From the NCBI RefSeq assembly GCF_006345805.1, contig NC_043004.1:84568001-84632000 (forward strand): 64,000 bases of DNA, written 5' to 3'. How positions within the stretch are numbered: the stretch's first letter is position 1; every line of letters begins with the position of its first letter. The notes beneath the pieces were generated by a model, which saw only the letters and a program-made list of their open reading frames with translations, made no database searches and had not been told where the DNA came from. The translations under genes and the position numbers were made by a program. Source of the DNA: Octopus sinensis. Lineage: Eukaryota. Below are positions 53,729-64,000 of this stretch, one piece after another.

Positions 53729-54275
53729 CAGTAGATTTTTTTTTATCATGCGTTTTCGCAACACTACTGAGCGCAGCTGTGTGTGCCTTGCTTATGTGCT
53801 GTGATTTGTTGTGACGCTCTTATTTTCCCTGTATTGAAATTGTTTTTCGTAGTATGTACGCAATGCCTTGTAGTGCTATTTTCTGTATGCTATACATACT
53901 TGAAAGTCCATGTGTTTCGTCTGAAATTTCTTATCATACATAATGCACCTACTATAATAGGAAATGTTTCCTCTTTTCAGGCTCCCCTTTCGAGGTATCA
54001 CTATTTACACACATTTGTATTTTGAAAGTTTCTCCGTTTATTTTCGAGAAACGTCGTCGTCTGTTGGTATTGATACATCGATTAGACAGTATGTTTTTCT
54101 TGGTGATCTCTGACAACTATATCTGACCTAAGGCGCCAGATATATTTTTCAGAGATCACCAAGTTGACAGAGATTACCTTAATTTCTCTATTTGTGCATA
54201 TTTGCATATCCCAGACTATGGTTGCTTTCTCATTTTTTGTGATCTTTTACGGGCTGTCCCTAAACCATCTGTTTT
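53729..54275 (-). mobile_element. R4/Dong-like 3' fragment (copy D)
   Basis: CAGTAG junction at 53729; AATGCACCTACTAT (IVGAL) ~53942; GCATATCCCAGACTATGG (ILWDM region) ~54204-54221. Confidence 0.85.
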
Positions 54276-54289
54276 CTTAATGTGCTTTA

Positions 54290-54390
54290 TTTGATTTCGT
54301 GTGGAAATTAGAGTTCAGTTTGCGCCTAGGTCCACTTTGCCTTTCATCATTTCGGAGTCGATAAAATAAGTATCAGTTGAAACATTAAAA
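54290..54390 (+). mobile_element. SINE fragment (Meta/MESC-like)
   Basis: CACTTTGCCTTTCATCATTTCGGAGTCGATAAAATAAGTATCAG. Confidence 0.7.
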
Positions 54391-54984
54391 GAAACGTTTT
54401 TTAAAAGAATATTTGCATAGTGTTCAAATACAAGTGGCATTTTCTTTGTTTCTGCTTGTTTCTGTCTCTCTTGTTTACTCTTGTGGGTTCGAGGTCACAT
54501 ATAAAGAGACAGACAGAGGGACAGAGACAGACAGACATCATAGAATCTCCCTTCGTTAGAGGACGTATGAGTGTCCTGCAATCTCTTGTTGGACAACCAC
54601 AGATATTTGTTTATAGTGATCAAAGGTTTGTGCTGACAGAAGCTCACACCCTCCATCAATCTGACATTACCTTTCCAGAGGCACAATGAGTTACTTCTCC
54701 CATGACCAAATGGTCGAAGATCATCTTTAAATGAATTGCATTGCGCAACAACACAACAGAACGCCCGGTCTTAATAAACACACAAACTTTATATATATAC
54801 ATGCAGTTACATGTATGTTGTGTGGGAGCGTGTGTGTGTCTGTAAGAACTTGCGTGTATACATATACACGTACGTATGTGTGATTCTGAGACCGTCTGTG
54901 CACGTTTTTCTTGTTCTGGTTCAATTCTTTCGCCTTTGTTTATGTCACACTGCGTACAATTTCCGATGTAAACTACATAGATGC

Positions 54985-55110
54985 TATTGCTTTACTGGTA
55001 CATATTTTATAGACCCAAAAATGTAACAACGGAGGAATTTGAACTCGGGTCATACAGGCGGACGAAATGCTGTTAAGCACTTTGCCCAGCATGCTAACGA
55101 TTCTTCCACC
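54985..55110 (-). mobile_element. SINE 5' half (Meta/MESC-like)
   Basis: TACTGGTACATATTTTATAGACCCAAAA...GGAATTTGAACTCGGG...TTAAGCACTTTGCCCAGCATGCTAACG. Confidence 0.7.
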
Positions 55111-55438
55111 TCGACGCCTTTAGTAACGATAGTCTCAATACCACAGCTCTGTAGATTTGTCAATTTTAGTAGAATCTTTTCCTTCCTTCTTTTCAACGTA
55201 CATCGTATAATGATTATTGATATTATAGTACTTTGAATTTTAGGGTCATCACAGGCGACGAAATTCGTTAAGCACTTTGCCCCCAGCATGCTAAAACGAT
55301 TCTTCCACCTCGACGCCTTAGTACGATAGTCTCAATACCACAGCTCTGTAGATTTGTCAATTTTAGTAGAATCTTTTCTTCCTTCTTTTCAACGTACATC
55401 GTATAATGATTATTGATATTATAGTACTTTGAATTTTA
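55047..55438. repeat. 196-bp tandem duplication
   Basis: 55047-55242 and 55243-55438 are near-identical. Differences are mostly 1-2 nt indels. Confidence 0.9.
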
Positions 55439-56736
55439 TCACCAAGAAAAAATTTTACTCATATGAAATAATATTTTAAAAGAACACGAATGAAAACAGA
55501 TGCTTATATTGCAAATATGAAAGAACATGTAAACAAAACAGAGAAATATGTCCTGTTATATCGTTTTGCTTCCATTTTTTCTTCGTACTCATAAAATTTT
55601 CATAGGAAGAAATATAGGAAGAAATATTTATATAACAGAACACATAATTTCGTTTAACGTGTTATTCACAAAAACAACTAATGTATGCGAAACTAACACT
55701 ATAGCAAATATGTCTGTGTGTGAATGTTTGTGAGTTTTCGCACAGGTGAGAGTTTGTACGTGTGTCAGAGTGTATATATGCATACTCACATATATTTGCA
55801 TAGTGCGCGTAAAATTTCACATTTCAGAAAACATTTTCATTTATGGTTGTTACTCAATACTTGAATTTTTTTTTTAATTTACATTTATTATAATTACCTT
55901 TTATTTTCGATGAAGTGTTTCGCTTTTTGCTACTTATGAAATGTAATTCTTACTTTCTTTTTCTATACTGATAGTTTATAATATATTAATTTTTATCTTT
56001 GTCGTGTTCAAAATTTTAATGATATTTCTCCCAGTAGAGAGAAATTAATGTAGTAGTTATATTTGTCGATATTTTCTTTAAAACTATGAATATAAAATAT
56101 TTTCAATTCCACAATTCTAGAGTTAATATTATGCAACGAAAAAAAAATGTACTCAATACTATCAACCTTCTTTGCTTTAATAATTAACTTAAAAATGAAT
56201 GTAGCAATTGCCCTCGAACAAATCAATTCTTTATAAAAGCTGGTAACTATCATATTCAGCAATATATCGATATTTAGGAGGATGAGATAAAAACCTGTAC
56301 TTTCGTGGACTTGAACTCAGGACGTCAAGTATGCTAATCAAATTTCGAGAACGTCTGAGAGTTTAAAGATTTCTCCTCCCAATAACTCTAGTATGAAAAA
56401 GAATATGTATATTCCTTTCTTATGTATAAGTTATGCCTGTCATTTTAAAGGAATCAGCTAGTTAAACATTTAAGCGTGTGTATTAATTCCACTTCATTTT
56501 ATCCAGAACGAAAGTTATAAAGGTAATGTCAAACTCGACGTGACTGGAATCGAGATGACAGAAAATATTCGTAAAATGATTATGGTAATAAAATATGGAA
56601 AAATGGGGCTGATGCAAATGACGGTTGACACTCATGTCCGTAAACTGGAGCGCCAATATAAATAAAAATCATATTTCTGGAAACATGTTAATATATATTC
56701 ATTCATAACGTTAGCAATATTATATATATATAATAC

Positions 56737-56795
<59 letters not shown>

Positions 56796-57339
56796 ATCAT
56801 ATATATCTATATATATATCACAATAAGCACACACGGATATCCAGAGTTTAATGCAGTACAATCGTTTCATGTCACTCCATTAATTGAACAATGCAATCAG
56901 TACATCAATTTAATATGTAGAGCAACCTGCAGCAGCATAACGATATAGCATTTAATTAAATTATAACAGATGGTCATATTAGTATAAGTATACCTAAATA
57001 CTTCAAGAAGTTAAGGAGATAGACAAAGAAAATGTTTTCTCTACTTCACCATAGAAGCTATTAAAATTATCAAGAAGTCTCTGCCTGTCACTGATTTTTT
57101 GTCTTTATGGGGTCAGTTTTAAATTATAGACTAGTTTATCAAATCCCTTGTATATCTAAGGCTGAGAGAACAGAGGACTGTAACCGTTAGGTGTAGGGCT
57201 GAGGGAGTAGACAGACATTCTAGTTGATATAGTCATAAAAAATCAGATATATGCATATAAGTATATATATATATATATATATATACACACGCACACAAGC
57301 ACACACACATATATGTATTCTTTTTTTTTCTTTTAAATA

Positions 57340-57515
57340 TTTAAGCCTTGTGATTGCATCTATACTGGAGCACCGCTTTTAATCGAACAAAACGACCCCA
57401 TGACTTATTTTTTGTAAAACTAGTACTTATTTTGTCGCTCACGTTTTCCGTACCACTAAGTTACGGGAACTTAAACACGCCAGCGATGGCGGGGGAAAAA
57501 CAGACACACAAATAT
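57340..57515 (-). mobile_element. SINE 3' half
   Basis: Plus strand CTGGAGCACCGC...CGACCCCATGACTTATT...CTAAGTTACGGGAACTTAAAC, the reverse complement of the 20880-21100 family. Confidence 0.75.
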
Positions 57516-58195
57516 TTGTATGTATGTATGTATGTTTGCATATGGAAAATATACTGTAAAATATATTTTCCTAGTTGGTTCCACCTAGCCGTAGCAGATT
57601 TTGCGAGTAGGTAGTAAGTAACAATGTTTTAGAAAAAGAATTATTATTTAACATTACGAGGAAAGGTTGTCCCTTGCTAGTCACGTCCGTTTAAGGTGGG
57701 CTCCGCATCCACATTATTCTCTATACAGGCATGAAATGATTTTATTTCGTGGAAAATATCCGAGCAATGTTTGCAAAATATATCAATCTATATTAAAAAA
57801 AAAAATACATTAACATAATTATTGTTAAGTTAATTGAAAAAATGGTTCACTAGAATTAATTTATATCCACATAGGAAATACTGAATGCGTGCAATAATAA
57901 TAGGAAATACTGAATGTGTGCAATAATAATTACCACATTTTCTTATAATGAAAAGCCAGCCATGCAGATAGGTTGAAATATGCATTCGATGCTCAATAAA
58001 TGCGAAAATATATGAAGATAGTTGATGGGAAACTTAGATCCTATTCATATTATATATGTATTAGATTAAATGTCATATCCCAGTTTGGTGGTGTTTTATC
58101 TTTATTTTTTATTTTAATATGCCTGATCGTAACTAAATACTTACTGCTAGTATTTGATGTTTAAACTACGGATTAGTTTAATTTATCATCTCCCT

Positions 58196-58240
<45 letters not shown>

Positions 58241-61200
58241 GCTTAATAATAGGAATATTGAAATAGTAGGCAATAGGAAAGTGCAGCTTTATATATTAAA
58301 CACCATGTTTAAAATTGAGGAAGCTATAAAGCGTTACTGTTGACAAAGGCAGATACTGATATCCTGATTCAAAAGAAAAGGTGTGTTTGATGTACGAATT
58401 TCATATTCAGGGACATTTTTCAAGAATTATTCTGCAATGCATCTATATACTGAACGATGGCATTTACTTTCAGAAAAGAGCTTTAACTTACAATAGATTT
58501 CGATCAATAAATACATACAGATATGCAAAATTAGTATTTAAATTTGATGTTCATCTATCTGAATTATAGATATTGTATTTTAAATTATATTTAATGTCCT
58601 GGTAAAACTGGTTTATCACTAAAATATTGAAGTGGGAATAAATGCTACAATGATTTCTCTACCTCGATGTCAGAATATTTATTACTGAGGGAAAATTAAA
58701 GCATTGCATATGCCTGTGATATAATATTCCGTTCCTCGTTTTGAATTTGACATCATTATTACATTTTTTTGTTTGTTTGTTATAATCTGCAGTGAAATAA
58801 TGTCGTAAAAACCGAACCATAAAAATTCTAAAGGATTCACTATATTGCGGTATATTTCAGCCGCATCCCATTAGAAATTTGTAAATCGAAGGGGTTTTTT
58901 TTTATAATTTGATATTAATCCTGAAAATTTTAATCGTACCAGCAACAATTCATTTCATATATATAGACATTTAATGAAACTTATGTATGGAACCGAAGCT
59001 TGCAAAATGTGGTAGCATTCTAGGAGAAATATTCTGGAGTAAACTGACGGAAACATTAAATGCTTTTTTTTAGATATATTGCTTTTGCGGCATACAAATT
59101 TTACGGCCAAATTAATTGCAATACCAGCAGACCGATATCAATGTATTCTAAGAGATGGTCGTCTGCATATATTACAAAGGACACATTGATTAACATACCT
59201 AATAAAATCACATTTAAACAGTAAGAGAATTGCGACAATCAGGAAAAGTAGTTGCAATAACCCGTCAATTCTAACTGTATATATGAAGTTACCAGATTTT
59301 TCCTATGCACTTCAAAATTCTCGAGAACGAACGGAATCTATTGTTTCATTAGAAAATACAAATATAATTTTATAAGAAAGGAAAAATATCAGTAAAATCA
59401 GTTATAGAGTTTACTATAGCCAGTTACCGAAAGCTGAGAAATAGCTCGCGCAAAACTGCTATAGCTCATCACAATAATTTTTCTTTTTTTTTTTCATCAT
59501 AATACTTCAACGAGTGAGTAGAAAGCTGATCTGAACATAGAGAAGGTAGGTAAAATGCAGTGATATACTAAAATGTTTATCTGGTTCATGAGCGTGAGTA
59601 AGAGAAGTTAAGTAAATCTCGAGATTGCGTCAATATGTCGGAGCCACAAAAGAATGGTAGCGTATTGTGGATAGAGACACTCAAACGATAACATAGTTGA
59701 TTCTCTTGAAAGTGTGTCATTCCAAAAATAGACAACAATTAACGTGTCAGAACGGGTGTCCTGATTAACATAATTACTTTCGTATTCGAGAGAAGTTTTT
59801 AATCCTAATTGAAAATGCCATACATTCCGGAAGACAACCTTAGATTACGCATCCCTTTCATGTAAATGGATCGTCTTTAATATGCTCAGTCAATTTACAC
59901 TATCTCCAACAAACGAGACATTAGAATTTGTCAGAGGCTGATTAAAGAAAAATCCATATTAACATAACAGCTCACAAATATTATATTGGCTAACATAAAT
60001 GAGCAATTAAATTTGTAGTTCATTACCGTCGAAAATTTAATTTACAAAGAGACTGAAACGATCAATATATGGACTTTCTTATTTACAGGATTGGTAATAG
60101 GGCTAATCCCGGATGAATTTATATTATTGCTGAAATGTAGCTATGTAATATATAGAAATGAAACTTAATCTCAAGTTAAGATACCTGTAGGAAATTGCAT
60201 TTCTAAGCCCATAATACATTAATGTGAACTCTGATAAGGAAATAAGTAATCAAATTATTTTCGATAAACTATAGAAATAGATATTACAGGACAAGATTTG
60301 CAAAACGGTGAGGGTTTTGGGGATCTAATTCAGCTATAATACATGCTGTATGTATAGAGGAGTTTCACGAACACATTATGAACTGTCCCTTTTCCTTTTC
60401 TCTACATCCGTTTTGCTACTACAGGTGATTCTCTTCCATGAATCTTGTTGCTATTAACATAGATCTACTTAGATATTGTCGAGTGACGCATTTTGCCTTC
60501 TCTCTTGTCTATTTTCCGATGCCTTATACTTTCCAATGAACCCATCTCGATATCGATGTTGATTATGTCGCCGTGCTATTCATTCCTCCAGTCTCTGGGG
60601 ATTGTAATTTCTATGGGCGCGCACAATTTCTTCACACAAAAAATATTAATGACGAAAATCCAGTCGGCAACTAAAACAACCGATTTTAATTAATTTCTTA
60701 AAAGAGGGAAAACATATATAAGTTTATAGTGTTACTATTTCAATATAGTATAGCAGTTCTAGACAGCGAAACGTATCACAGGAAGCAAGCCCAGGGAGAA
60801 TGTTACACTTGAACTTTACAAAATAATCCAGCCAAACAGAACAAATAATGTACACTTTTCACATTTTCCTATAGCACAAGAAAGTATGTGTCAACAGGTG
60901 TCGTTTGCAATGATTCTGAATCAAGTGTTGATCATTTGGGCTACTTACGTTAACATAATTATCTTCATAGTCACGTGATTCTGTACTTGCACAGCTGCCA
61001 TGGTTTTAGAATGCCAAACAAAAACATAGAGCTTAATAGCAAGACGTGATTAGTAGCTTGCTGTCATTGAAAACATATATTAATCTCATTGCCAATTAGC
61101 TATTATGATTCGTATTTACAGTCATTCACCGAAATGATGGAACTATTTCATTTTGTATTTTGATTTCCTTATTTAGGATATAGAAAATATAACTGGATGA

Positions 61201-62048
61201 AAAACTAATATTAATTAACACTTCCGTTGACAGCTCCATATAATTCGTAGCTGAGATGGCCATAAATACAGACTTAATTATTTAATTTAATATCATTTCG
61301 GTTATTAGTTATGATAAATGTACATTTAAATCAAAAATATATACAGGGCATTAACGAGAAGCATAAACATAAATTATAATAAAAATGTAGCGAAATTCAT
61401 TTCTTAGTTTTTATATATTTCTTTGAATTGGCAGCAATGCATAAACTTCCTCATAAATTCTGTCAGTGTGATGCTCGCCCTCAGATGGTTCAACACATTT
61501 ATCTTCCTAGTGCTGTTATCTTTCTCCTTCAAATACTCACCTTTATCATATTCAACTCTTATATCCGTCGGTATTATGTAGAAAAATAAAACAAATTATA
61601 TGAATCTAGTACATGTGATTCAACATGAACGACATAAACAGTAACATGTAATATGGACTATTGTTTGCACACGATTACAATAAATGATTCGAACTGCAAG
61701 GAAAACAGTGGCAGCCAGGCAGGAATGAAACAAAGAACGTAATTCAATTATTAATACCTATGAATAAAATAAGATTAAATTTCCATCAAAAGTATTAAAT
61801 CAGTTGCGACAAATCACAGTTTCAAAAGTCTGTGTTCTGTAAAGAACAGGACGACTTAGGTAAACAGAAAGAAGTAAACACCGGGATAAGATTCTAGTAA
61901 GAATGATATCAGTCGATCTTTAAATTGTTAAAACCAAACGTAAACAATAAAGAAATATATAAAAAGTGCTTTCACAAATCCACTTAGGGGTCTTGGCAGG
62001 ATTTCTCATTCACTCGGAAAGATTAGTCAGCTCTTAGGCGGATTATAT

Positions 62049-62155
<107 letters not shown>

Positions 62156-62159
62156 ATAT

Positions 62160-62221
<62 letters not shown>

Positions 62222-62964
62222 AATCTGTAATCTCTGTCTTTGCATTTTGAAAATGACACTTATTTTATATAAAATAAAAGCAGAAATGGAAAAAAAGTTG
62301 TATGAATTAATATGCTCGAATGGGAATTAGTGATACGTAAGTATACTATCAGAAAGTATGACACACGCGCATACACGCTCTCACACATGTAAGCACATAC
62401 ACACAAAGACAAATATTCAGAAACACAAATATACACTTATAGTTCAATTGAATAACACACTCTAAAATGTGGGTCATATTAGCATAAATATGTCTTTCCA
62501 TCGCCCAATCGATCTGTGTCTCTCTTCTTCTCCCTATCTCGGAGTATACACACAGGGACGTGCGTGAGCGCAAAACACGTTTCATTCTGTCAGGAGTTCC
62601 ACAGACAATTGTACATACTTAGCACAGCTTTAAGGCGTTGCTTATTTCTTATGAACCTTTACCAAAAAGGTTTAAGTTCGAAATATATTATATATAGTCC
62701 TTAGTTATATTTTGTGAAAAGGAATAATCATAGCTCGAAAATACCGTGCTTTTCCTCTGAGTTCTATTTAACATTTTTATTCACCCTAAACCAGTTTCTA
62801 AGCACCAATTGTTTAAATGTTACTATAATAATCTTTTTAACGGCAGTTTTAATGGATCCTATTCATATTCCATACAGCGAATTTATTTTCACCTCCTTTT
62901 CTTCACACCCTTTTTCGGGAAAATTATTTTTAACTTAACTTTTTCTTTCAACTTGTCATTAAAC

Positions 62965-63165
62965 ATTGGTTTCAAATTTTAGCACAATGCCAGCAGTTTC
63001 GAGGGAAGGGATAAGGCCATTACATAGACCCCAGTGCTCACCTGGTTCTTAATTTGTCAACCCCGAAAGGATGAGAAGCACAGTGGATCTCACAAAGTTA
63101 AGGCAGACGGAATGCCGCTAAGCATTGCCTCAGGTGTGGTAACAATTCCACCAGTTCTCCGCCTT
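62965..63165 (-). mobile_element. Degenerate SINE (Meta/MESC-like)
   Basis: ACCCCGAAAGGATGAGAAGC...GGCAGACGGAATGCCGCTAAGCATT. Confidence 0.7.
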
Positions 63166-63611
63166 CTTGTCATTAAATATTGACTAAAGATATATATGTA
63201 GAGTTTAGTACATCATAACAAATTGAACATTAATTTCATAAGAGTTTATAATTCCTATTTTCCACAACGATCATTGCATTCACTATCATATTACTGTGCA
63301 GAGAAAACAATGTTTCTACTCCGTATATTGTAGCTCTCTGCGAACGTAAAATGTTGGATTTGACATATCGATGTTTCATTCCTATTAAATTCAAAACATA
63401 GAAAGAATAAGCTATTTCTAAAAGAGGATGCAGTAGCAGAACATAATTATTATGCATGCAGACTCAGCCTTCCCCAGTTACGTCCTATAATGTCGCAAGT
63501 GCTCCCATCACCTCGAGTTTATAAATGCGCTTATGACTATTTACACTGATTCTAAAAGTGTATGCGTACTAAATACACACATACACACATACACACAAAC
63601 ATACATTCATT

Positions 63612-63966
<355 letters not shown>

Positions 63967-64000
63967 GTGTATTTCTGCGTCAATTTTTAAAGAAGTTATT

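Noticed and set aside
54420-54720. ORF 54420-54689 ending in EAHTLHQSDITFPEAQ
   Set aside because: Partly simple-repeat derived, with no recognisable domain or splice context.

Overview
AT-rich eukaryotic DNA saturated with (TA)n, (TAA)n and (TCT)n microsatellites. The repeat families recalled here suggest an octopus/coleoid cephalopod genome (recognition from memory, not a database result). I could not identify any host protein-coding exon, tRNA or rRNA gene. Nearly all ORFs in the track are microsatellite translations or decayed transposon fragments. Recognisable content: about six R4/Dong-like non-LTR retrotransposon copies tied to (TAA)n tracts (five clustered at 45.6-54.3 kb), two HERO-clade and one CRE-clade RLE-type elements, RTE-like and CR1-group 3' ends, four Tc1/mariner relics, three MITEs, many tRNA-derived SINEs and two copies of a ~500-550 bp non-coding repeat embedded in microsatellites. 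The most notable structures are: (i) an 83-bp-arm palindrome at 2307-2484 built from two inverted type I hammerhead ribozyme motifs; (ii) a bulge-free 37-position hairpin at 10548-10629 with pri-miRNA-like geometry and basal UG/apical UGUG motifs; (iii) the (TAA)n-associated Dong chains; (iv) two short local sequence copies that look like templated insertions at element junctions.
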